Source of the DNA: Alphaproteobacteria bacterium
GTDB lineage: Bacteria; Pseudomonadota; Alphaproteobacteria; MPNO01
Direction of reading: 5' to 3'
Assembly (NCBI GenBank): GCA_963667285.1
Contig: OY763326.1
Location: 1,490,233-1,554,232 of the forward strand
DNA length: 64,000 nucleotides
Shown here in pieces: positions 41,174-52,733 of this stretch (the stretch's first letter is position 1; every line of letters starts with the position of its first letter). The notes below the pieces were generated by a model that was not told where the DNA came from, searched no databases, and worked only from the letters and a program-made list of their open reading frames with translations. A program made the translations under genes and the position numbers.

Positions 41174-41730
41174 ACACCGGACCCCCGGCGATCTCGGTGG
41201 AGCAGGCGACGAGCTTCAGCGCGCGCGACCTCGCCGATCTGTGCGATGCGTCCGAGAGCGCGATCCTCGAAGGCGGCGGTTTCGGCTGGCTCGCCCCGCC
41301 GCCCCGCAAGGTGCTCGAACGCTACTGGTCGGGCGTGCTCCTGGTGCCCGAGCGGGAGGTCTTCGTCGGCCGGCACGGCGGCGTGGTCGCGGGCTCGGCC
41401 CAGCTCGTGAAGCCGCCGCGCAACAACGAGGCGCAGGCCTTCGCCGCCGCCATCACCACCAATTTCGTCGCCCCCTGGGCGCGCGGGCACGGGCTGGCGC
41501 GGATGCTCGCGCTGGCGGTCGAGGACGCGGCGCGCGGCCTTGGATTCCTGGCGCTCAATCTCGACGTGCGGGAGACCCAGGACGCCGCGATCGCGCTCTA
41601 CGAGAACCTCGGCTATGTCCGCTGGGGCACCAACCCGGCCTATGCGCTCGCCGACGGCAGGCCGATCGCCGGCCATTACTACACCAAGTATCTCGCACCG
41701 CTTCCCGAATCGGGCGGAGACGCCGCGTGA
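41170..41730 (+). CDS. GNAT-family N-acetyltransferase
   Basis: 186 aa. WARGHGLARMLALAVEDAARGLG ... AIALYENLGY matches GNAT motifs A and B. It has an ATGA overlap with hisH. Confidence 0.7.
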   Translation: MNTGPPAISVEQATSFSARDLADLCDASESAILEGGGFGWLAPPPRKVLERYWSGVLLVPEREVFVGRHGGVVAGSAQLVKPPRNNEAQAFAAAITTNFVAPWARGHGLARMLALAVEDAARGLGFLALNLDVRETQDAAIALYENLGYVRWGTNPAYALADGRPIAGHYYTKYLAPLPESGGDAA

Positions 41731-42452
41731 TCCTCTACCCGGCCATCGACATCAAGGACGGGCTCTGCGTCCGCCTGCTGCGCGGCGAGATGTCCGAGGC
41801 GACCGTGTTCAACCACGATCCGGCGGACCAGGCGCGGGAGTTCGCGGCGACCGGGTTCGAATGGCTCCACGTGGTCGACCTCAACGGCGCCGTCGAGGGG
41901 CGGCCGGTCAACGCCGATGCGGTGGCGGCGATCCTCGCTTCCGTCGACATGCCGGTCCAGCTCGGCGGCGGCATCCGCGACGCCGCGACCCTCGACCACT
42001 GGATGGAGGCGGGCGTGGCGCGCGCCGTTCTCGGCACGGCGGCGCTCGACGATCCCGATTTCGTGCGCCAGGCGTGCCGGCGCTACCCCGGCCGGATCGC
42101 CATCGGGATCGACGCGCGCGGCGGGCGCGTGGCGACCGAGGGCTGGTACAGGACCAGCGAGGTGAAGCCGCTCGACCTGGCGCTCAGCTTCGAAGGCGCC
42201 GGCCTGGCGGCGATCATCTACACCGATATCGGCCGCGACGGCGCGCTCGGCGGGCTCAATGTCGAGGCGACCGTCGATCTCGCCTTCGCCTTGACCACCC
42301 CGGTGATCGCCTCGGGCGGCGTGTCCTCGACCCAGGACCTGCTCGAGCTCAAGGCCAACGAGCGGGCCGGCATCGAAGGCGTGATCTGCGGCCGCGCGCT
42401 CTATGACGGGCGCATCGACCCCGCCGAGGCGATCGGCATCCTCTCCGGCTGA
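41727..42452 (+). CDS. hisA: 1-(5-phosphoribosyl)-5-[(5-phosphoribosylamino)methylideneamino]imidazole-4-carboxamide isomerase
   Basis: 241 aa from a GTG start. [26 protein letters not shown] and ASGGV are present. It has a GTGA overlap with the GNAT gene. Confidence 0.9.
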   Translation: MILYPAIDIKDGLCVRLLRGEMSEATVFNHDPADQAREFAATGFEWLHVVDLNGAVEGRPVNADAVAAILASVDMPVQLGGGIRDAATLDHWMEAGVARAVLGTAALDDPDFVRQACRRYPGRIAIGIDARGGRVATEGWYRTSEVKPLDLALSFEGAGLAAIIYTDIGRDGALGGLNVEATVDLAFALTTPVIASGGVSSTQDLLELKANERAGIEGVICGRALYDGRIDPAEAIGILSG

Positions 42453-42454
42453 CC

Positions 42455-43213
42455 ATGCTCAAGGCACGCGTCATCCCCTGCCTCGACGTGAAGGACGGGC
42501 GCACCGTCAAGGGGGTCAATTTCGTCGACCTCGTCGATGCCGGCGACCCGGTGGAACAGGCGCGCATCTACGACGCGCAGGGGGCGGACGAGCTCTGCTT
42601 TCTCGACATCACCGCATCGCACGAGAACCGCGACACGCTGTTCGACGCGGTCAAGCGGACCGCCGAGCAATGCTTCATGCCGCTCACCGTCGGCGGCGGG
42701 GTGCGCACGGTCGACGACATCCGCAGGCTGCTGATCGCCGGCGCCGACAAGGTCTCGATCAACACCGCCGCCGTGCACCGCCCGGAATTCGTCGCCGAGG
42801 CGGCCCGGAAATTCGGGTCGCAATGCATCGTCGTCGCGATCGACGCCAAGGCGACCGGGCCGGACGGCTTCGAGATCTTCACCCATGGCGGGCGGCGCGG
42901 CACCGGGATCGACGCCATCGCCTGGGCGGAGCGGATGGCCGGGAACGGGGCGGGCGAAATCCTGCTGACATCGATGGACCGGGACGGCACCGGGGCGGGG
43001 TTCGACATCGCGCTCACGCGCCGCATCGCCGATGCGGTGGTGGTGCCGGTGATCGCCTCGGGCGGGGTCGGCACGCTCGACCACCTGGTCGCCGGGGTGC
43101 GCGAGGGCGGGGCGACGGGCGTGCTCGCCGCCTCGATCTTCCACTTCGGCACCCACACCATCGCCGCGGCGAAGGCCCATATGGCGCGGGCGGGCGTGGC
43201 CGTGCGTCCGTGA
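42455..43213 (+). CDS. hisF: imidazole glycerol phosphate synthase cyclase subunit
   Basis: 252 aa. [23 protein letters not shown] and ASGGVG are present. Confidence 0.94.
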   Translation: MLKARVIPCLDVKDGRTVKGVNFVDLVDAGDPVEQARIYDAQGADELCFLDITASHENRDTLFDAVKRTAEQCFMPLTVGGGVRTVDDIRRLLIAGADKVSINTAAVHRPEFVAEAARKFGSQCIVVAIDAKATGPDGFEIFTHGGRRGTGIDAIAWAERMAGNGAGEILLTSMDRDGTGAGFDIALTRRIADAVVVPVIASGGVGTLDHLVAGVREGGATGVLAASIFHFGTHTIAAAKAHMARAGVAVRP

Positions 43214-43245
43214 CTTCGACCGGGCGATCTGCTATCGCATGCCGC

Positions 43246-43581
43246 ATGACGCAAGCCGACGACAGCACGGTCCTCGGCCGGCTCTACGCGGCGATCGAGG
43301 ACCGCAAGGACGCCGATCCCGAGACCTCCTACACGGCGCGGCTGTTCGCCCGCGGACCGGAGAAGATCGCCCAGAAGCTCGGCGAGGAGGCGGTCGAGAC
43401 CGTGATCGCCGCCACCGCCGGGCACCGCCGCGAGGTGGTCACCGAGAGCGCCGACCTCCTCTACCATCTTCTCGTCGCCTGGGCCTGGGCGGGCATCGAA
43501 CCGGACGAGGTGTGGGCCGAGCTCGCCCGGCGCGAAGGCGTTTCCGGGATCGCCGAAAAGCACGCGCGCGGCGGGGGATAG
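43246..43581 (+). CDS. hisE: phosphoribosyl-ATP pyrophosphatase
   Basis: 111 aa. SYTARLF, KLGEEAVETVIA and ESADLLYHLLV are present. Confidence 0.86.
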   Translation: MTQADDSTVLGRLYAAIEDRKDADPETSYTARLFARGPEKIAQKLGEEAVETVIAATAGHRREVVTESADLLYHLLVAWAWAGIEPDEVWAELARREGVSGIAEKHARGGG

Positions 43582-43585
43582 CAGG

Positions 43586-43972
43586 ATGGATTATGACGAC
43601 GCGAACGTGTTCGCCAGGATCGTCCGCGGCGAAATTCCCTGCAACAGGATCTACGAGAACGACCACGCGCTCTCGTTTCACGACATCGCGCCGCAAGCGC
43701 CGGTCCATGCGCTGGTGATCCCCAAGGGGCGCTATGTCTCGATGGTCGACTTCGCGGCCCGGGCGAGCGCCGACGAGCAGGCGGGCCTGATCCGCGCCAT
43801 CGGCGAGACCGCCGAGGCGCTCGGCCTGTCGCAGCCGGGCTACCGGGTGCTCACCAATAACGGCGCCGACGCGCATCAGGAGGTGATGCATCTCCACTTC
43901 CACATCCTCGCCGGCAAGCGTCTGGGTCCGATGCTGGCGGGCGGTCCGATGCCGCCGTCCTCGCAAGCCTGA
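43586..43972 (+). CDS. HIT (histidine triad) family nucleotide-binding protein
   Basis: 128 aa. FARIVRGEIPC and the histidine triad HLHFHILAG are present. Confidence 0.86.
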   Translation: MDYDDANVFARIVRGEIPCNRIYENDHALSFHDIAPQAPVHALVIPKGRYVSMVDFAARASADEQAGLIRAIGETAEALGLSQPGYRVLTNNGADAHQEVMHLHFHILAGKRLGPMLAGGPMPPSSQA

Positions 43973-44051
43973 TCTCCATCGACACCGCGCGGGTTTGCGC
44001 GCAAGCTTGGCCGATGACCGCTATCGGAGCGGTTCCAGGGGGGAGAAAAAC

Positions 44052-44978
44052 ATGATCCGCAAAGTCCTGGCTGCCGCCGCGGCCCTCGCCGCGATCGGCT
44101 TCGCCGGCAGCGCGGCGGCCGCCGACAAGACCATCGGCGTGGCGCTCGCTTCCGACACCAACCCGTTCTACATCGCCATGCTCAAGGGCATCGAGAACCG
44201 CGCCAGGCAGCTCGGTTACAAGCTGAGCGTCGTCACCGCCGAAGAGGACGTGGCCCGGCAGCTCAACGGCATCAACGACCTGATCGCCAAGGGCGTCGAC
44301 GGGATACTGGCCTCGCCGATCGACGCCAAGGCGCTGTGCAGCGCCTTCAACAAGGCGAAGGAGGCCGGCATCCCGATGATGGCGATCGCCCGGGGCTCCG
44401 CGTGCAAGGCGCAGCTGTTGCATATCGCCGTGGACGAGATCCGGGTGGGCCGCGAAATCGCCGACTGGACGGCGCGGAAGATCGGCGGCAAGGGCAAGGT
44501 CGCGATGCTCGCCGGCCCCGCCGGCGCGCAGGCCTTCATGAACTTCGCCCGCGGCTACGAGGCGGGACTCAAGGGCCACCCCGGCATCGAGGTGGTGTAC
44601 CGGCAGGAGCTTGCGCTGACCCGGGAGATGGGCCTCAAGCACGGCGAGGACGCGCTGGTCGCCCATCCCGACGTCAAGGCGATCTACGGCGCCAACGACG
44701 AGCTCGGCATGGGCGCCGCCCAGGCGGTCGCGGCGGCGGGCAAGAAGAAGGACGTGATCGTCACCGGGATGAACGGCATCCCGCCGGCGGTGCGGGCGGT
44801 CAAGCGCGGCGCGATGGACCTCACCGTGGTGCTCAACCCGGTCCGGTGGGGCGTCCTCGGGGTCGACACGATGGACGGCCATTTCAAGGGCCGCAAGCAC
44901 GACCCGCGCGTCTATGTCGGCCACGTCCTGGTCGACAAGACCAATGTCGACAAGTTCATCCGGCCGAAGAAGAAGTAG
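44052..44978 (+). CDS. periplasmic sugar-binding protein (ribose/LacI-type PBP fold) of an ABC system
   Basis: ATG at 44052 follows GGGAGA. It has the signal peptide MIRKVLAAAAALAAIGFAGSAAAA and the motif TNPFYIAMLKGIE. No permease or ATPase gene lies adjacent. Confidence 0.78.
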   Translation: MIRKVLAAAAALAAIGFAGSAAAADKTIGVALASDTNPFYIAMLKGIENRARQLGYKLSVVTAEEDVARQLNGINDLIAKGVDGILASPIDAKALCSAFNKAKEAGIPMMAIARGSACKAQLLHIAVDEIRVGREIADWTARKIGGKGKVAMLAGPAGAQAFMNFARGYEAGLKGHPGIEVVYRQELALTREMGLKHGEDALVAHPDVKAIYGANDELGMGAAQAVAAAGKKKDVIVTGMNGIPPAVRAVKRGAMDLTVVLNPVRWGVLGVDTMDGHFKGRKHDPRVYVGHVLVDKTNVDKFIRPKKK

Positions 44979-44982
44979 CGCG

Positions 44983-46017
44983 GTGTCCGGGCCTGCCGGG
45001 CAGGACGGGCGGGCGGATGCGGATCTGATCGCGGCGCTCGAGGCCGCGCGCATCCACCCGCTGTGGGACCGCTACAAGACAATCACCCCGGTCCTGCCCG
45101 ATGCGCCCGACGAGGCGGCGATCTGGCGCTGGCGCGAGATCGAGCCCTTCGCCGAGCGCGCCGCCAGCGAGGTCGGGGTCGAGGACGTGGAACGCCGGGC
45201 GCTGATCCTCTGCCACCCGGCCTTCGGCGGCGAGACGGTGACGACCGGCAACCTGATCGCCGCCTTCACCGTGCTGGAGCCCGGCGACCGGGCGGTGCCG
45301 CACCGTCACACCGCTTCGGCCATCCGCTTCGCCACCCGGTCCGAAGGCGCGGTGACGATCGTCAACGGCCGGCGCTGCGCGATGCTCGACGGCGACCTCG
45401 TGCTCACCCCGCCGATGTGCTGGCACGGCCACATCAACGAGGGCGAAGGGCGGACGGTGTGGTTCGACGCCGCCAACATTCCCCTGGTCAACGCGCTGCA
45501 CGCCAATTTCTTCGAGCCCGGCTCGCGCGCCGACAACGCGTTCTGGGATGTCGGCGAGGGCGACGAGCGGCTCTGGCAGGAGGCCGGGCTGCAAGCCGAG
45601 GGGCACGGCCGGGACGCGGCCCATTCGCCCAAATACCGCTACCCCGGCGCGGCGACGCGCCGCCTGCTCGACGCCGCGCCCGCCGGCGAGGACGGCGCGA
45701 AGACCGTGCGCTACGTCAACCCGGTCGACGGCGGGCCGGTGATGGCGAGCCTCGACTGCCAGGCGCGGCGCCTGACCGCGGGCGAGCCCACCCGGCCCCG
45801 GCGGTCGCTGTGCAGCCAGATCTGCCTGGCCGTCTCCGGCTCGGGCCGGTCGGCGATCGGCGAGCAGACGATCGAATGGTCCCGGCACGACGTGTTCACG
45901 ATCCCGCAATGGATCTGGGCGCGTCACGAGGCGCTGGATGGCGACGCGGATCTCTTCGTCGTCTCCGACCGCCCGGTCCGCGAGGGACTCGAGCTGATGC
46001 GCGAAGAGCTGGGCTGA
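44983..46017 (+). CDS. gentisate 1,2-dioxygenase-like bicupin
   Basis: About 344 aa from a GTG start. PHRHTASAIRFATRSEGAVTIVNGRRCAMLDGDLVLTPPMCWHGHINEG matches the gentisate/1-hydroxy-2-naphthoate dioxygenase cupin motif. Confidence 0.72.
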   Translation: MSGPAGQDGRADADLIAALEAARIHPLWDRYKTITPVLPDAPDEAAIWRWREIEPFAERAASEVGVEDVERRALILCHPAFGGETVTTGNLIAAFTVLEPGDRAVPHRHTASAIRFATRSEGAVTIVNGRRCAMLDGDLVLTPPMCWHGHINEGEGRTVWFDAANIPLVNALHANFFEPGSRADNAFWDVGEGDERLWQEAGLQAEGHGRDAAHSPKYRYPGAATRRLLDAAPAGEDGAKTVRYVNPVDGGPVMASLDCQARRLTAGEPTRPRRSLCSQICLAVSGSGRSAIGEQTIEWSRHDVFTIPQWIWARHEALDGDADLFVVSDRPVREGLELMREELG

Positions 46018-46033
46018 ACGGAGAAACCGGGCG

Positions 46034-48412
<2,379 letters not shown>

Positions 48413-48463
48413 CGCGGCCGCCCGGGCGGCCAACCATCGCCCGGCGCGAAGCGGGAGGTCCGG

Positions 48464-49483
48464 ATGTTCCTTCGCAATTGCTGGTACGTCGCCGCCTGGG
48501 ACCACGAGCTCGAGGACGGGTTGCTGGCGCGCACCATCCTCGACGAGCCGGTGGTGCTGTTCCGCGGAGCCGACGGCGCGCCGCGCGCGCTGGAGAACCG
48601 CTGCTGCCACCGCTCGATGCCGCTGTCCCGGGGCCGGCTGCTCGAAGACAGCGTGCAGTGCGGCTATCACGGGCTCGAATTCGCCTTCGACGGGCGCTGC
48701 GTGAAGGTGCCCGGCCAGTCGACGATCCCGCCCGGCGCCCGCGTGCGCGCCTGGCCGGTGGTCGAGCGCTGGCGCTGGGTCTGGATCTGGATGGGCGATT
48801 CGGACGCCGCCGACCCCGGGCTGATCCCCGACTACCACTGGAACGACGACCCGGAATGGACCTCCTACGGCGACGTCTACCATGTCGCCGGCGATTACCG
48901 GCTGATGAACGACAACCTGCTCGACCTGTCGCATATCCAGTTCCTGCACGTGAACACGCTCGGCGCGCCGGGCGACCAGGAGGCCGAGATCGAGGTCCGG
49001 CGCAGACCCGACGTGGTCCATGTCAGCCGCTGGACCTTCGACACTCCGCCGTCGCCGTTCTACGCGCATGCGCTCGGCACCAACGCCAATGTGGACCGCT
49101 GGCAGAACGTCTATTTCCGCCCGCCGTCCTACATCGTCATCGACGCCGGCAGCGCGATCGCCGGCTCGGGCGCGCGCGAGGGCGACCGCAGCCGGGCCGC
49201 GGAGGTCTACTCGAACCACACGATGACGCCGGAGAGCGAGACCTCGACGCATTATTTCTGGCACCACGCGCGCAATTTCCGGCTCGACGACGACGCGTTC
49301 ACCGAACAACTGCGCGGCATGTTCTCCTCCGCGCTCCGGGAGGACACGGTCGCCATCGAGGCCCAGCAGAAGAGCCTCCGGCGCAGCGCCGGCCGGCCCA
49401 TGATCGACATCAATGTCGACAACGCGGCCTTCCAGGGCCGGCGCATCCTGGAGGAACGCCTGGCCGCCGAGGGCGCTTCCTGA
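48464..49483 (+). CDS. Rieske [2Fe-2S] aromatic oxygenase, VanA-like (phthalate-family) oxygenase component
   Basis: 339 aa. It starts NCWYVAAW. The Rieske ligands are CCHRSMPLS ... CGYHGLEF. The mononuclear-iron region is [12 protein letters not shown]. Confidence 0.8.
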   Translation: MFLRNCWYVAAWDHELEDGLLARTILDEPVVLFRGADGAPRALENRCCHRSMPLSRGRLLEDSVQCGYHGLEFAFDGRCVKVPGQSTIPPGARVRAWPVVERWRWVWIWMGDSDAADPGLIPDYHWNDDPEWTSYGDVYHVAGDYRLMNDNLLDLSHIQFLHVNTLGAPGDQEAEIEVRRRPDVVHVSRWTFDTPPSPFYAHALGTNANVDRWQNVYFRPPSYIVIDAGSAIAGSGAREGDRSRAAEVYSNHTMTPESETSTHYFWHHARNFRLDDDAFTEQLRGMFSSALREDTVAIEAQQKSLRRSAGRPMIDINVDNAAFQGRRILEERLAAEGAS

Positions 49484-49507
49484 CCCCCTCTTCGCGGCCA
49501 CGAAAAA

Positions 49508-49530
49508 GGGCGCCGGCAATCCCGGCGCCC
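49508..49530 (+). terminator. stem-loop downstream of the VanA-like gene
   Basis: The sequence is GGGCGCCGG-CAATC-CCGGCGCCC, a 9-bp perfect stem followed by CATTTGG. The T-tract is weak. Confidence 0.45.
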
Positions 49531-49677
49531 CATTTGGCGAGCATGACAAATCTACCCCGAAACGCGTCCCGCGTCAAGCGTTATTTTGCCTTTTCGGAAT
49601 AGGTCAACAATGCTGACCATTGTTTCACGTGAAACATTGTCCCGAAACGGTAGTATTTTCTCGTCCGCCGGAGACGG

Positions 49678-51609
49678 CTACAGCGCGCGCGCCTTCAGCC
49701 GCATTGCCGCGCTGCGTCGCGCGGCGAACGCGATGCCGCCGCCCGCCGCCGCGGCCAGCAGGGTGAGCGGGGATTCCGCGCCGAGCCAGATCGTCGACCC
49801 GCCGACCGCGATCGCCGCGGCGAAGTAGAACAGGGCGAGGCCGATCCTGGCGAGCCCGCCGTCGCCCCAGGTGATCACCGCCTCGGCGATCAGGAAGCCT
49901 GCGGCGAGCGCGGTCAGGCTGACATAGACCACCGCGACCCAGCTTCCCTCCATCACCAGCGCCGGGTTGAACGCCCACAGGAAGGGCAGCAGATAGGCGG
50001 CGGCGGCGAGCTGCATGCCGACCAGCCCGGTGCGCCACATGTCGGAGCCCGCGATCCCCGCCGCCACCATGCTGGCCACCGCGACCGGCGGGGTCAGCAT
50101 GCTCAAGAGCCCGAAATAGAACAGGAACAGATGCGCCGCCATCGGCTTCAGCCCGATCTCGATCAGGGCGGGCGCGATCACCGTGGCGAGGATGATGTAG
50201 ACCGCCGCCGTCGGCATCCCCATGCCGAGGACGATGGAGACCAGGGCGGTCACCACCAGCATCCAGAAGATCCCGGCGCTCTGACCCAGCTCGGCGAGGA
50301 TGATCGAGAGCTGGAAGGCGAGCCCGGTCGAGTTGAGCACCCCCATCACCACCCCCGCCCCGCCGGCGATCAGCATCAGCGGCAGCAGGTTCTCGCCCGA
50401 GCCGAAGATGAAATTGCTCCATTCCGCGCGGCTCGGCAGGCGCCGGCTCTTCAGGATGTAGAGGAGCAGCAGCGAGGCGGCGGCGTACATCGCCGAGAGC
50501 CCCGGATTGTAGCCGAGCCCGAACAGGAAATAGAGCAGCACGCCCAGCGGCAGCAGGAACACCCAGCCCGACAGCAGCACCGAGAAGACCCGCGGCAGCT
50601 CCGACTTGGGCAGGCCGCTCAGGCCGAACCGGGCGGCGATGGCATCGACCTGGAGGAACAGCACCAGGTAGTAGAGCGCCGCCGGGACCGCGGCCGCGAT
50701 GACCACGTCGATATAGGCGACTTCGAGGAACTCGGCGATGATGAAGGCGGTCGCGCCCATCACCGGCGGCGCGATCTGCCCGCCATTGGAGGCCACCGCC
50801 TCGATCCCGGCGGCGTAGCGCGGCTCGAACCCGGTGCGCTTCATCATCGGGATGGTGACGATCCCGGTCGACATGATGTTGCCGACCGCCGAGCCCGAAA
50901 TGGTGCCGAAGGCGCTGGAGGCGACGACGGCGACCTTGGCCGGCCCGCCCCGGCGGTGGCCCATCAGCCCCATCGCCAGGTCGGTGAAGAACCGCGTCGC
51001 GCCGGAGACCTCGAGCAGCTTGCCGAGGATGATGAAGGCGAGCACCAGCTCGGTGACCACGCGCAGCACCAGCCCCGGAATGCCGTTGTTGTCGGCGTAG
51101 AGGTAGAGCACCGTCTTGGTCGGCGGGAAGACCTCGGCCTCCAGCGCGCCGGGCAGCGCGTCGCCGAAATAGGCGTAGGCGATCATCACCCAGACCAGGG
51201 TGGTGATCACCTTGCCGCAGGCCTTGCGGAGCGCCTCCATCATGACAAGGACGGCGACCACGCCCGGCACCCACTTGTCCGGCGTCCGGTCCGCCATGCC
51301 GACGATCCAGTCCTCGAAGTTCCACGACATCCAGAACCACGCGGCGAAGGAGACCACGGCAAGCGCGATCTCGAGCGCCCCGGCCCGGGAGCCGTAGGGG
51401 TATTTGAGATAGGCCGCGGCGATCGACAGCCCGAGGACGACGCCGATCGCCTGCTGGAAGGTGAAGGCGAAGCCGAAACGGTCGGCGACCGCGAAGATCC
51501 AGAGGATGCCGACGATCGGCACCGCGCCGAGGCAGGCGCGCAGCAGCAGCGCCGTCAGCTGCTGCATCGGGCCGCCGAACCCGCGCAACGGGCCGCCGAA
51601 ACCCCGCAT
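49678..51609 (-). CDS. TRAP transporter fused 4TM/12TM permease (TAXI-type)
   Basis: 643 aa and highly hydrophobic throughout. It lies directly downstream of a TAXI receptor gene. An alternative start at 51567 (MQQLTALLL) would skip a duplicated RGFGGP segment. Confidence 0.82.
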   Translation of the reverse strand: MRGFGGPLRGFGGPMQQLTALLLRACLGAVPIVGILWIFAVADRFGFAFTFQQAIGVVLGLSIAAAYLKYPYGSRAGALEIALAVVSFAAWFWMSWNFEDWIVGMADRTPDKWVPGVVAVLVMMEALRKACGKVITTLVWVMIAYAYFGDALPGALEAEVFPPTKTVLYLYADNNGIPGLVLRVVTELVLAFIILGKLLEVSGATRFFTDLAMGLMGHRRGGPAKVAVVASSAFGTISGSAVGNIMSTGIVTIPMMKRTGFEPRYAAGIEAVASNGGQIAPPVMGATAFIIAEFLEVAYIDVVIAAAVPAALYYLVLFLQVDAIAARFGLSGLPKSELPRVFSVLLSGWVFLLPLGVLLYFLFGLGYNPGLSAMYAAASLLLLYILKSRRLPSRAEWSNFIFGSGENLLPLMLIAGGAGVVMGVLNSTGLAFQLSIILAELGQSAGIFWMLVVTALVSIVLGMGMPTAAVYIILATVIAPALIEIGLKPMAAHLFLFYFGLLSMLTPPVAVASMVAAGIAGSDMWRTGLVGMQLAAAAYLLPFLWAFNPALVMEGSWVAVVYVSLTALAAGFLIAEAVITWGDGGLARIGLALFYFAAAIAVGGSTIWLGAESPLTLLAAAAGGGIAFAARRSAAMRLKARAL

Positions 51610-51635
51610 CGCCCCGCCTCGGCCGCGGCGTCGGA

Positions 51636-52652
51636 CTACTTAACCATGCTCAGGACCTTGGCCTGGCCCGCATCGTGCGCGGCCGTCCACAGCCCCGCCT
51701 CCTTGTAGTACTTGATCGCGCCCGGGTGGTAGGGCATCGAGGTGTTGGCCGGGGCCAGCCCGTCCACCGGGGTTCCCCGCAGCGGCGCGTAGTCCTTCTG
51801 CAGCTTCTTCCAGTTGGTGTGCAGCGACTTGGCGAGCGTGTACGCGTCCTCGTCGCCCACCTTCGCCGCCGAGGCGTTGAGATAGGAGTCGAACGCCGCG
51901 ATGGTGAGGGGCTCGCGCACGAAGGGGAAGCGCTTGCTCGGCTTGACCTTCATCGAATAGAGCCCGGCGATGCCCTTGGCGAGCATCTCGTCGTTCGCCA
52001 TCTTGCCGAGCCCGAGGATGCGGAGCCCGCCGGGCACCGTCGCATGCGTCTTGCGCATCGCCGGCATGGCGAGCGCGACGGTGGTCGCGACGGCGCGGTT
52101 CTCGACGACCATGTTGATGCCGTTGACCACCCCGCCCGAATCGATGGGAATGATGTCCTTCTCGGTCATCCCCGCGGTCGCCAGCACCGTCCGGTTGGTC
52201 TGCTCCAGCGAGACATTGGTCTTGACCTTGACGGTGACCTTCTTGCCGCGCAGGTCGTCGAGCGTCTTGACGCCGGAATTCTCCTTGACCATGTAGGCGT
52301 AGGGAAGAATCCACACGCGGGCCAGCAGGCGCACGTTGCGGATCTTGTTCTCGAAGCGGCCCTTGCCGGCGACCGCCAGACCCGAATCCAGGCTCGAATT
52401 GAGCCCCATCACGATCTCGCCCTTGTCCATCAGCGGCAGGTAAACCGACGAGCCGGCATGCGGCTGGGCGGTCGAGCGGATCTTCAAATCCTGCTGGAAG
52501 TGCTTGGCGAAGCCGCCCGCGAGCAGGAAGTAGACCGACCCCGCGGGGTTGCTGCCGATGGTGATCCGCTTGAGCTGGGCCTCGGCGGTCGCCGCCGCGC
52601 CCCCTACCACGCCCGCCGCGAGCACGGCGGCGATGAGTCTGCGTGCTGTCAT
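51636..52652 (-). CDS. TAXI-family TRAP transporter solute-binding receptor
   Basis: 338 aa. It has the signal peptide MTARRLIAAVLAAGVVGGAAATAEA, the motif IGSNPAGSVYF, and the C-terminal YHPGAIKYYKEAG. Confidence 0.85.
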   Translation of the reverse strand: MTARRLIAAVLAAGVVGGAAATAEAQLKRITIGSNPAGSVYFLLAGGFAKHFQQDLKIRSTAQPHAGSSVYLPLMDKGEIVMGLNSSLDSGLAVAGKGRFENKIRNVRLLARVWILPYAYMVKENSGVKTLDDLRGKKVTVKVKTNVSLEQTNRTVLATAGMTEKDIIPIDSGGVVNGINMVVENRAVATTVALAMPAMRKTHATVPGGLRILGLGKMANDEMLAKGIAGLYSMKVKPSKRFPFVREPLTIAAFDSYLNASAAKVGDEDAYTLAKSLHTNWKKLQKDYAPLRGTPVDGLAPANTSMPYHPGAIKYYKEAGLWTAAHDAGQAKVLSMVK

Positions 52653-52733
52653 CGAATGTCTCCCTCTTCCCGGCCCGATGCGGGCGGGTCTTCGTTCATC
52701 GAGGCGGAAAGCCTAGCAGAGTCCGGCGGCGGC

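Noticed and set aside
51569-51610. Imperfect 21-bp tandem duplication encoding RGFGGP twice at the 5' end of the TRAP permease ORF
   Set aside because: It most likely lies upstream of the true start (MQQLTALLL at 51567). I therefore treat it as start-codon ambiguity rather than a feature of interest.
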